Positions 1 through 8,943 of a stretch of DNA of 21,360 nucleotides are shown piece by piece (position 1 is the first letter of the stretch; each line of letters opens with the position of its first letter). This DNA comes from Candidatus Heimdallarchaeota archaeon (lineage in GTDB: Archaea > Asgardarchaeota > Heimdallarchaeia > JABLTI01). The translations under genes and the position numbers were made by a program. The notes under the pieces were generated by a model. It was not told the DNA's origin, made no database searches, and saw only the letters and a program-made list of their open reading frames with translations. The stretch is taken from positions 1 to 21,360 of the forward strand of contig JAHLVW010000011.1 of assembly GCA_019058275.1 (NCBI GenBank), in the 5' to 3' direction.

Positions 1-5
1 AACTT

Positions 6-2387
6 ATGATAATCGGTATGTGGCCAAGATATATTGATATTGAGAAGGGTAAAGTCCTTGAAACTAAAGAAATTAGAAAAATAGTAGATTGGTTGAAGAA
101 AGATGTACAAAAAGAATCTACAAATTTTAACCACTTAACAGGAGATATTGCTAGTGGAAAATCTACTATAGCTTCTTTATTAGGTTTTGAAATTGATAAT
201 GAAAATGAAGATTGGCTTGTTTATTTCATGAGAAAAGGAGCTTTTACATCTTTATCAAAATATAATGAAGTAATAGATAAACTGGGAGCTCTAAAAACAT
301 ATTGCCAAAAAAATTATGTAAAATCAATGATTATTTGTGAAGATATACATCTTAGTGTGTATAACTTTGAATCCTTAATAAGAGCGAGTAGCAAATTTAA
401 TCCTGAGATACATTTCGTTTTTATAGCTAGAAACATTTTTTGGGACTTACTTGGGAAATTACAAACAAGAAATCAGCTTATTAGACTTAAAGATCGCTTT
501 TCTGGTACCCAAAGGTTACTAAATATTGATGAATTAAGGGATAAAAGGGGGATTACTATTGCTGAAGATATTTGGGAGAATACAGCTGAGAAATTAATTT
601 CCTATTCCCATAAAGCAATAAAAGAAAGATATCCAAAACTATCAAGAAAAGAGATAAAGAAATTCGTTTTTAGTCTGAAAAATAATAAATTGTTTTTGAA
701 AAATAAACAAAGTAATCTATATTATGTGAAATTTGCCTTAATGACAATAGAAGAAAAAGGTGAGCTGAATGAAAACTTGCTCTATGATAGAGTTATAAAA
801 CATCTCTTACATAACACTGAGATTTTATTCCTCTTGTCAAGAAATCAATCAAGAGAACATCTTATAAAATTAGAAAAAGACATGATTTTATTATTTGTCT
901 TATTATCTGTATTTACAAAATATGAGATTGCTTTGAAAATTGAATTCTTAATTAGTTTAGAGTTCACAAAAGATCTAATCACTAATCTAATCAGTATGGG
1001 TTTAATATTATCTAATATAGAAAGTGTTATGTTAATACATCCAGCAATAGCCCAACTAGTTTTAAATGCGGTAAATAACTATAAGTTAAGAGATAAAGGG
1101 CAATATCCAGAAGAAAACAGCAATATAGTAAACATCGAAGATGATCTAAGAAATCTAATAATAATTCAATCTAAAAAAATCGAAAAAATCAATTCAATAA
1201 TAGATATAGAACAGTTATGTATGATATTAATATTCTTACATAACGAGAAAAAATATGGCGAAATAATTCAACTAATAAAAAGGACAGATATAGATAATTT
1301 CATGGTAGTAATTGACTTCATAGGCATTCATATATTTGAGCACATTATGAAAGACATTCAAGATACAAATCAAGGTATTGAGCAATTTAGATTATTTCTA
1401 ACTTCCTTGATATCTCCTTATGGTTCACTAGAAATTGATCAAAATATCATTAAATCATTATTTCAAGTTATTTTACCATTTTTAAACAATAACAAAAGAA
1501 GTTTAATACAAAAGATAAACAATGTAAGTAATTTTGAAGAGAAGTTAAGTTTACTGAATATGTTACTAATAATTTCAAAGAATTTGACATTTAATTTGAT
1601 TAACAATATATCATTTGAAAATTTAACATATATAGTTGGCTATTATTTAGCTTCGGATATCTATTTTTTTATCAAAAGAATCTCAGAAATTGATGAACCA
1701 ACAGCTAAAAAAGTAATGACAAAGATTTCTGATTTATACATTAAGAAAATCTCTACTTTAGGTTTTCATTCTCAAATTGCCTGGTCACTTCAAACTATAA
1801 ACAAATTAGATAGCAAATTGGCATATAAAATAGTGAATTCCTTGAAAGAAAACTGGAAACAATTGGTGGCTAAAACTGAATCATTTTATTCATTTATACA
1901 AATGTTTGAAACAATTGGAGAAATATCCAGTCAAATATTGAAGGAAATACTTGTAGATACTTCTGCAGATATCGAAGAATTGTATAGTAAAGCAATGTTT
2001 GAAATGGATTGTTGGCAGTTTCTAAGCTCTATGTCTAAAATCTTCCCTAATTACATACTTGAATTACTAAAAAGAAATCTTAAACACACAATTGAGAGAT
2101 ATAATAAAGATGATAATTACAAGCATGTTGTGGATTTGCTTAACAAAATTGAGGAAATTAACGAATCTGAGTGTCATAAACTAATAACTGAAATTGATAA
2201 AGAGATTGGTAATACACATTATGAAATTCATACTAGGGATTATTATGAGTATTTAGATGAACTGTATGCAAATGATCCAGCTTCTTTGGAATATCATGAG
2301 GAACAAGATGAAAAAGATAAAGCTTTTCTTCAACAAATACTGAGCAATATTGAAAATGAAGTATTAGAAGATATAGAAGAAGAATAA
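6..2387 (+). CDS. P-loop NTPase (STAND-like) with long helical C-terminal region; probably 5'-truncated by the window
   Basis: Walker A HLTGDIASGKST and Walker B MIICEDIH, followed by a hydrophobic strand ending in ...FIARN (sensor-1-like). A later wHTH-like segment (LISMGLI...IHPAIA), a helical repeat-like C-terminal half and an acidic tail follow. The frame is open at the window start, so the true start may be upstream. Confidence 0.6.
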   Translation: MIIGMWPRYIDIEKGKVLETKEIRKIVDWLKKDVQKESTNFNHLTGDIASGKSTIASLLGFEIDNENEDWLVYFMRKGAFTSLSKYNEVIDKLGALKTYCQKNYVKSMIICEDIHLSVYNFESLIRASSKFNPEIHFVFIARNIFWDLLGKLQTRNQLIRLKDRFSGTQRLLNIDELRDKRGITIAEDIWENTAEKLISYSHKAIKERYPKLSRKEIKKFVFSLKNNKLFLKNKQSNLYYVKFALMTIEEKGELNENLLYDRVIKHLLHNTEILFLLSRNQSREHLIKLEKDMILLFVLLSVFTKYEIALKIEFLISLEFTKDLITNLISMGLILSNIESVMLIHPAIAQLVLNAVNNYKLRDKGQYPEENSNIVNIEDDLRNLIIIQSKKIEKINSIIDIEQLCMILIFLHNEKKYGEIIQLIKRTDIDNFMVVIDFIGIHIFEHIMKDIQDTNQGIEQFRLFLTSLISPYGSLEIDQNIIKSLFQVILPFLNNNKRSLIQKINNVSNFEEKLSLLNMLLIISKNLTFNLINNISFENLTYIVGYYLASDIYFFIKRISEIDEPTAKKVMTKISDLYIKKISTLGFHSQIAWSLQTINKLDSKLAYKIVNSLKENWKQLVAKTESFYSFIQMFETIGEISSQILKEILVDTSADIEELYSKAMFEMDCWQFLSSMSKIFPNYILELLKRNLKHTIERYNKDDNYKHVVDLLNKIEEINESECHKLITEIDKEIGNTHYEIHTRDYYEYLDELYANDPASLEYHEEQDEKDKAFLQQILSNIENEVLEDIEEE

Positions 2388-2454
2388 TCTGAGCACTTCT
2401 CAATGAAAGCTATTTATCTATTTCTAAATGCTATACCTTTTTCTTCCTTAGGCA

Positions 2455-2605
2455 ATCATGGTCTCCTGTAAGCTTTGTTTCTTTTTATCGTCTACATCAA
2501 AATATTCCCGACGACAAAATAAAGAGACCACAGAGATTCTTTTATCTTTTTAATAATTTGGAAATTTACGTTTACTATTTGTGTACTATACTAGTAATCG
2601 ACTTA
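2455..2605 (-). pseudogene. Probable decayed C-terminal fragment of an IS200/IS605-family (Y1) transposase tnpA
   Basis: Minus-strand translation across shifting frames gives KSITS...RKFP / IIKKIKESLWSLYFVVGNILM*TIKR. This resembles the TnpA C-terminal consensus K(S/G)..(S/A)R..R..FP..KK....LWS..YFV.TVG.VS.ETIKRYI. It contains frameshifts and stops. Confidence 0.4.
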
Positions 2606-2748
2606 GAAAAATCAAAGCGATTTAAATTGAAAAGCTCATAAAAAAATGAAATATGAATAATTTACGACATCGATATAGTATTATTTAGATAAATGGCTCA
2701 TTAATCCCAAATTGTAAACCCACCTGCTAAATTCTATAAAACTTTAAG

Positions 2749-5700
2749 TTAATTGAATGCTCTATATCTATATTCACCTTTTACTTCAATTTTCTGGTTT
2801 TCATTAATATAATAAAGTGATAGTTTCTCCCATTCATTACAAAAAATCTCAGCATAATCCTTAATTAATTTTGAATTCTCTAAGATGTCATAATCATCAG
2901 ATAAATAATCTATTATTTCATCTGAAACGAAAACAATAACCTTTGCTTTTGCTCTAGAAATAGTGACATTAAATCTATTCAAACTCATTATGAATTCATC
3001 CTCATCTCGAATTATATCTGGATCTCCTAAACAATATGATGCTATTATTATATCCCTCTCTTGTCCCTGAAATCTATCAACAGTATCTACAGCATCTCTA
3101 ATTAGAGATGGTTCATAATCTTCTTCTCCCTCAAATGCTCTTTGTAATAGATTAATTATTAAACCTTGTTGTGCTCTGTGTGGCGTAACAACTCCAATTC
3201 CTTTTTCCCAAAATTCTTTGAATGAATATATTTCATTACTTGGTATAATTTCATCATTTGTCAAGGGATTAATTTGATTTAATAAATCCTTTTTTAGATA
3301 ACCATATAAATGACGAATTAATGCTGTTATTGAATTAGCTTCAAATTGATTCCATTGACCACTTCTACCATCAGGATAAACAAAACAAGCAACTGGTTTA
3401 GTTGGATCAAGCAAAAGATTCCATTTATCAGTCCAATACAATTCATCATTCCAATTGATAGGTTTTTCATATGGTAATTCATTAATATTTAACATCAAGT
3501 TAGGTGAAAAGCTTTCTAATCGTTCAAGATAACCCGCATTAAATGAAAAATCGACAATTATTCTATTTGATCTGTAGTTTATATCTAACATTTTCTCTTC
3601 TAAATTGTGATAATCTTTATAGTAAGAATAGATAGAACCTACAAAATTTTCAAAGTCCAAAGGTGGTTTAACTTTGTGTATAGGTGGAAGTTGTTTTAAA
3701 TCTCCAGCAAGAACTAATGAACCTCCATTTGAAACTGAGCATAATGAGAGAATTGCACTTGACACATCCATCTGAGTTGCTTCATCAATTATTATAATGT
3801 CAAATAATTCATTTAAATATCTCTCATTACCTACTTTCATTAAATTGTAAATTTGGCTTGGTGTTGAAGCAATTACATGTATACTATTATTATTCACTAA
3901 TTCATTGAATAGATTTCTCAAGCGTTTTTTGGAACTTTGAGAAGATCCATCATATGCTAAATCAACATCACTTTCCATAGGTGGTTGACTATGAATTGAT
4001 CTTAATCTATATATTTGACAATCAGTTTCAGGTAAATTACTTTTTATAAAAACATTAACATACTTGAAAACATTATCAATCGCTTTGTAATTGGCTGAGC
4101 AGATTAGAATTCTCTTATTTTCGTTTTGGTTATGTGCCAAAATAACAGAACCTATTGCAATTCCTTGTAAAGTACGACTTTTACCTGTTCCAGGTGGTCC
4201 CCATATCAATTGAATTCTTTTGGACATAGCATCTTCCCAAGCTTCCCATTGTGTATTATTTAAATTAAAACTAGAATTCACAATCTGATCTTTTATCATA
4301 GACAAATCTCTTGATAATAAAGTAGTTGCTGTTTCTTGAACATTCCAAATGAAATCGACTGGTGGACTTATCTGAGAAATCCTAGCTCCACGCGTATTTA
4401 TTTGCCCAGTTATTTGTAATAATCTTTCATCTGAATCTCTATATGGTCTTCCAATTGCTCTTAAACAATCTTTTAATTTTCCTGTAAAGAAATCTAGGAA
4501 TTTTGGATCCAGTAAAACATTAATATTTAGGTTTGCTAGATTATAATTCTCAATCTCATCCAGAGAAATTCCTCTATTGTTATGTTCAACTACAATGATT
4601 AGATTTTCTCGATCTATGGCTTTTATTGTAACTCCAGTTAAATCTTCCATTCGAGAATTCAATAAACGATTATCAAAAAGACTCATTAATGTTTGATTAC
4701 CATGAATAAATCTAATTAACTTACTATTAAGAAAACTTTGATTATTTTCCGGTGCTAGGGCAAAATTAAAGTCACCTTCACGTAGTTTAACTTCTTTTGA
4801 AGTTTCTCTCATTCTATAAATTCTTATGTTTTCATTTTCTTCTATCTGTAATTCCTCAAGAATTATATTAGCTTCTCTACCAACTATTCTATTAACTAAT
4901 CTAGCACTTCGAAATTTAGCTTCTCGCATATGAGGTGGCATTGCTCTAATTCTATGTACCTCTAATTCATTGAAGGCATAATTCAATTTTTGATGTAAGA
5001 ACCAAAGATTGCCCTCAGGACTCATTCTTGGTATTGTTCTTGGAGGACGAATTGCTATTGTTGGAGCTTTTTGATATAGTGTTTGTCTTATATCAGTTTC
5101 CAATCGAGAAACAATAGTTTCCAAAGCTGATATCTTTTTAGTTACAGTTTCTCTAACTATATCTAATTGATTAGCCCAATATGGTTGAATTGTTCTGGTC
5201 CAAATTTCATGTGCTCTCTCTGATGGTATTTGATTGCTAAGGGGGTCTTCAAATAATGGATGTACTCTAAAACGAGCAATGTTTTCAGAAAGATCATGTC
5301 TATGATAATTCCTTGCTGTATCAAAGATATTATAATAATGAGGAATTGGTACCGCAAGATGTGAATTTATAACATCGGATAAAATTGTTAGGGGGGATCT
5401 TCTTGTTACAGTCTCCCAATTTTGTAATATTTCTTCAGGAGGAAACAACCATAAAAGATTATTCAAACCGTCTTGATTCATTAAAGCATCTAAATGTCTA
5501 CTTATTATTCGAGTTAAATGATTATATTGTGTTTTATCCCAGATGTAAATTTGATATGTGGTATCTTGATTAAATCTTCGAGCTTCAGATAATATATTAT
5601 CTAAAGTATCTAGAAAATTTATAAATTCTCTTCTCTCAATATTGGTATCTCTCTGGTCTATTCTAAAGACATGAGCTCCTCGTTGTGGCCATGAATGAAA

Positions 5701-7080
5701 ATTTTCTGTACTTTGTCCATATTCCGTAGGTTCTCTCCAAAATGCTTTCAAACCTATTGCAAAAGTAATTGCACTGGAAATATCAAAATCTATCGAAATA
5801 TAGATTCGCAAGTCAGCCCATTTAGGCATTTCAGCAGAGCTTCTATTTTCCATAACAATATTGATTTCATTGTTTTCTAGTGATGAAGCTCTTGCGGGAA
5901 TTATATCTCGATTTTCTCTCAATTTTTGATGTAATTTGTAGATTTCATCCTCACCTTCTCTCTCTAATAATTCACTTACATTACTAATATCAGTATCCTC
6001 TTCCAATGACTTTCTCGCTCCTACAGAAATCCCAAATATTCTTGAAAGATGATTTTCATTCTTTGCTTTAATTAAACAGTGATTATCATTGTATATTGGT
6101 TCACTTTTCCATGAAAAGCCAAGGTAATTACAATTTTTACATCTATTATCAACATGATAGTCTAAATCTTCCCAATTTGTAATTATAATATCAGGTAAAT
6201 CTTCAAGGAAAAATTTTTTTATTCTGACTGCAAAAACCTCAAATGGTACAATTTCTAAATCCTCTTCAAAAGCTGCGTATAGTTCCTCATAGTTCGGCTG
6301 TCTACCTTCTTCATCAATAATTCTTATTCTACATTTAATCAAATTAGAAGCTTCATGGGATCCAGACCATATTGAACCTTCAGGTATTACAACAAATTTA
6401 TCATCCAAATTATTATCAATAAGCCAACCAGATAAAGCCATCATATAGTAAGCTACTTCAGCAAGATAACTTTTAGAAGGATTTGCAGTTACTTTTATAT
6501 CAATTACTCTTAATTGCAATCTATCATCATTTTCTTGTAATCTTTTAACCTCACCATTTGGTGTAATGTACCTTTTGTAAGTACCTGCTGAAATTATATG
6601 TATGATATCTGGTCTAATTTCACTAAAATCTAAATTGAATAATTCTTTATAAGAAGATATTCCTAAGTCATCAAGAAATTTCTGTGATACGTCAAATTGT
6701 TGCTCTACTAAAAAAAGATCAGCACTTGCATTAGTTAATCCTATTTCTAATTCCATTTTATTATATTTGATTTCATTTTCTTCGATAGTTGCTGGATTTC
6801 CAATAATCTGTTCAGATCCAAATATTTCTCTCAAATCTGCTAATTTAGCTATCTCCCATCTTTTACCCTCTTTTCGAAATTGATCTAATCCTGGTCTTGG
6901 ATCTTGTTCAGGAGGTATTCCTTGTGTTTCTCTTTCATGTCTATATTTTTTATTATTTGGTGACAGATTGAATTTTAGTTGTCTTTTGCATTCAGTTCTT
7001 AAGTATTTTGATAAACATTCTTTCCTAAATAATGGCATAAAACTACTTCCATTTCCTTTTCTAATGATAATAATATTCAT
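2749..7080 (-). CDS. Cas4/RecB-like PD-(D/E)xK nuclease fused to Dna2/Upf1-type superfamily 1 helicase (TM0106/Dna2-like architecture)
   Basis: N-terminal IRPDII...VIDIK...EVAYY nuclease motifs with Cys residues (ECKRQ...CKNC...HC) in the Fe-S staple layout. A central RNase H-like segment (IYISIDFD) follows. SF1 motifs are complete: Q-motif LNNTQ, GPPGTGKS, IIIDEATQ, GDLKQLPP, NYRS, VTPHRAQ, TVDRFQGQERD, RFNVTISRAK. An alternative start is the ATG at 7038 (MPLFRK), preceded by AAGGAAATGGAAG. Confidence 0.88.
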   Translation of the reverse strand: MNIIIIRKGNGSSFMPLFRKECLSKYLRTECKRQLKFNLSPNNKKYRHERETQGIPPEQDPRPGLDQFRKEGKRWEIAKLADLREIFGSEQIIGNPATIEENEIKYNKMELEIGLTNASADLFLVEQQFDVSQKFLDDLGISSYKELFNLDFSEIRPDIIHIISAGTYKRYITPNGEVKRLQENDDRLQLRVIDIKVTANPSKSYLAEVAYYMMALSGWLIDNNLDDKFVVIPEGSIWSGSHEASNLIKCRIRIIDEEGRQPNYEELYAAFEEDLEIVPFEVFAVRIKKFFLEDLPDIIITNWEDLDYHVDNRCKNCNYLGFSWKSEPIYNDNHCLIKAKNENHLSRIFGISVGARKSLEEDTDISNVSELLEREGEDEIYKLHQKLRENRDIIPARASSLENNEINIVMENRSSAEMPKWADLRIYISIDFDISSAITFAIGLKAFWREPTEYGQSTENFHSWPQRGAHVFRIDQRDTNIERREFINFLDTLDNILSEARRFNQDTTYQIYIWDKTQYNHLTRIISRHLDALMNQDGLNNLLWLFPPEEILQNWETVTRRSPLTILSDVINSHLAVPIPHYYNIFDTARNYHRHDLSENIARFRVHPLFEDPLSNQIPSERAHEIWTRTIQPYWANQLDIVRETVTKKISALETIVSRLETDIRQTLYQKAPTIAIRPPRTIPRMSPEGNLWFLHQKLNYAFNELEVHRIRAMPPHMREAKFRSARLVNRIVGREANIILEELQIEENENIRIYRMRETSKEVKLREGDFNFALAPENNQSFLNSKLIRFIHGNQTLMSLFDNRLLNSRMEDLTGVTIKAIDRENLIIVVEHNNRGISLDEIENYNLANLNINVLLDPKFLDFFTGKLKDCLRAIGRPYRDSDERLLQITGQINTRGARISQISPPVDFIWNVQETATTLLSRDLSMIKDQIVNSSFNLNNTQWEAWEDAMSKRIQLIWGPPGTGKSRTLQGIAIGSVILAHNQNENKRILICSANYKAIDNVFKYVNVFIKSNLPETDCQIYRLRSIHSQPPMESDVDLAYDGSSQSSKKRLRNLFNELVNNNSIHVIASTPSQIYNLMKVGNERYLNELFDIIIIDEATQMDVSSAILSLCSVSNGGSLVLAGDLKQLPPIHKVKPPLDFENFVGSIYSYYKDYHNLEEKMLDINYRSNRIIVDFSFNAGYLERLESFSPNLMLNINELPYEKPINWNDELYWTDKWNLLLDPTKPVACFVYPDGRSGQWNQFEANSITALIRHLYGYLKKDLLNQINPLTNDEIIPSNEIYSFKEFWEKGIGVVTPHRAQQGLIINLLQRAFEGEEDYEPSLIRDAVDTVDRFQGQERDIIIASYCLGDPDIIRDEDEFIMSLNRFNVTISRAKAKVIVFVSDEIIDYLSDDYDILENSKLIKDYAEIFCNEWEKLSLYYINENQKIEVKGEYRYRAFN

Positions 7081-7146
7081 TAATATTAGAAATCTTTCCT
7101 TTTAATAGATAAAAATCTTTAGAAATGTAAATTGGAATGTAGATTA

Positions 7147-8883
7147 TCATAACTCATTATAAAAATCAATTAAATCAGGAATTTTTTCCATTAATTCAAA
7201 ATCTGATTTGCTTATATAAGTGTTAGTATTTACTGTAATTGTATCCTTTTTTCTTTCAGAAAACACAAATAACAGATCTAAATATATTTTTCTTTTAGAA
7301 ATTTTACCACTACTTTCTCCCATTACAGGATAAATACAATCTAGATTATAATCTAGTGTTTTGAATATCTCAAGGAAATTTCTAATTATGTAGAGATTTG
7401 TATGATGATAAGTAACTATGATTTGACTATCATAAGAAAGCTTGGTTTTAATTTTTGAAAAAATCTCTGTTAGCATTAGTTTATATTTATCTAGGGATTT
7501 TTTATCTCTCATTACTACTTCTTTTTCTACTAAATTGTTCAAACCTTCTTTATCAACTTCTCTTAATAGTGCAAGATTAAATAATGATAAATCAGAGTAA
7601 TATTGGAAATCTGCATAAGGAGGATCTGTGAATACAATATCGAATTTCACATTAATATCATTTAGAATATCTTGTGAAGGTCCATGAAATAGATTAAAAT
7701 TAAAGTTATATTCTTCCGAATTCATTTTGGCTTTTACTATTTTGTTAAAAGCTGAAATTATATTCCCTCTTCCTAAAGGTTGAAGCTTGTTTTTTACAAT
7801 ATATGAATTTGGATTCAATTCAGTTGGTTGTTTTGGTAACCAATAACTCTTAATTGTAAATCCTGGTATTATTTTTCGATAAATGTTTGAATAATAAGCT
7901 AAAAAAGAACATGATCTTAATGCATTTGAAACAACAATCCTTGATATTTCTCTATAAGGGGTTTTATCAAAGTAATCCAAAAATTGTTCAAATGTTATCT
8001 TTTGCCTATTAGATAATAATTCTCCGAAATCGTTGAATCCATGTTTCAATAGTCTATTTGTTTCATTTAAATTGGGAATTTCCATAAAATTTTTCTTATA
8101 ATCAAAATCATTACAATAAAATAATAGTGTTTCTTCATCGCTAATTTTCTTAATTTCCCTAGAATTACATTTTGAGCAATAATATTCTATAGCAAAAGGT
8201 ATGATTTTATTATATTCAAAATCTTCATATTCTTTGTTAAATAAATTATCACAAATTGGACATCTTTCTAAATTTATTTGATTTTTAAAAATTCCTTTGC
8301 ATACTTCACAAAAATAAATTGACTCCTTATTTCCCCTTTTAATTTCATTGTATTTGATTTGCATTTCATTATCATTATTAACCCATGATAGAAAAGTGTG
8401 AATTATTGTAGATTCGTGTTCTTTCTTGCATTTTGTAGACCATAACATTTTGTTGTTCAATCTAGAAAAAACTAAAATTTCCCTTTCCAATTCGTTTAGA
8501 TTTATTTTATTTAATTCCTTATAAGAAGAGACAATATTATAAGCTAGTTTGTTTATTTCTATGCCATAAGAATTGAAACCTAGTAATCCACTTTCCAATA
8601 AAATTGTTCCACCTCCACAAAAAGGATCTAAAAGGGTTTTGCTTTTATACTTTGGTGGATTGTAATATTTCTCAGATACAAATTCATTATAATCTGTAAT
8701 TTCCTTTAAGGTTTTTAATTCCATTTGAGAGTATATCAAAAACAATCTAACAATTCCAGAATATCGTCTAGCCCACCATTTGTGAATTTCATAAATGGGT
8801 TTTCTTCTGCTCCACTCGAGATTTTTGGCAAAATCATTTGTAGCATCTAGAAGATTCTTTGGAATTCTGTCAATTATTTTCAT
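7147..8883 (-). CDS. DNA amino-methyltransferase (N6-adenine or N4-cytosine) with Zn-ribbon, DUF1156-like
   Basis: IHKWWARR signature of DUF1156-type methylases, SAM-binding LDPFCGGG, Cys/His pairs (CKKEH, CEVC, CPIC, CSKC) and catalytic FTDPPY. Confidence 0.88.
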   Translation of the reverse strand: MKIIDRIPKNLLDATNDFAKNLEWSRRKPIYEIHKWWARRYSGIVRLFLIYSQMELKTLKEITDYNEFVSEKYYNPPKYKSKTLLDPFCGGGTILLESGLLGFNSYGIEINKLAYNIVSSYKELNKINLNELEREILVFSRLNNKMLWSTKCKKEHESTIIHTFLSWVNNDNEMQIKYNEIKRGNKESIYFCEVCKGIFKNQINLERCPICDNLFNKEYEDFEYNKIIPFAIEYYCSKCNSREIKKISDEETLLFYCNDFDYKKNFMEIPNLNETNRLLKHGFNDFGELLSNRQKITFEQFLDYFDKTPYREISRIVVSNALRSCSFLAYYSNIYRKIIPGFTIKSYWLPKQPTELNPNSYIVKNKLQPLGRGNIISAFNKIVKAKMNSEEYNFNFNLFHGPSQDILNDINVKFDIVFTDPPYADFQYYSDLSLFNLALLREVDKEGLNNLVEKEVVMRDKKSLDKYKLMLTEIFSKIKTKLSYDSQIIVTYHHTNLYIIRNFLEIFKTLDYNLDCIYPVMGESSGKISKRKIYLDLLFVFSERKKDTITVNTNTYISKSDFELMEKIPDLIDFYNEL

Positions 8884-8943
8884 ATTGTTTAATAGAATAT
8901 TATTATAGATTAAATTTTTTACTAGAGTAGCTTGATATAAGTA

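Noticed and set aside
2458-2553. 31-codon + strand ORF MVSCKLCFF... with CxxC
   Set aside because: Very short, no SD, and it overlaps the tnpA-like relic on the opposite strand; not supportable as a gene.
5163-5880. Short ORFs 5163-5357(-), 5385-5573(+), 5695-5880(+)
   Set aside because: They lie wholly inside the nuclease-helicase gene in alternative frames and have no motifs; shadow ORFs.
6000-7080. Cas4-like domain as evidence of a CRISPR-Cas locus
   Set aside because: No repeat-spacer array or other cas genes were seen. The domain is fused to an SF1 helicase, as in Dna2/RecB-like proteins.
7147-8883. Methyltransferase as part of BREX, DISARM or a classical R-M system
   Set aside because: No PglZ, BrxC, DUF499 ATPase, DrmA/B, HsdS/HsdR or Res gene is recognisable in the window.
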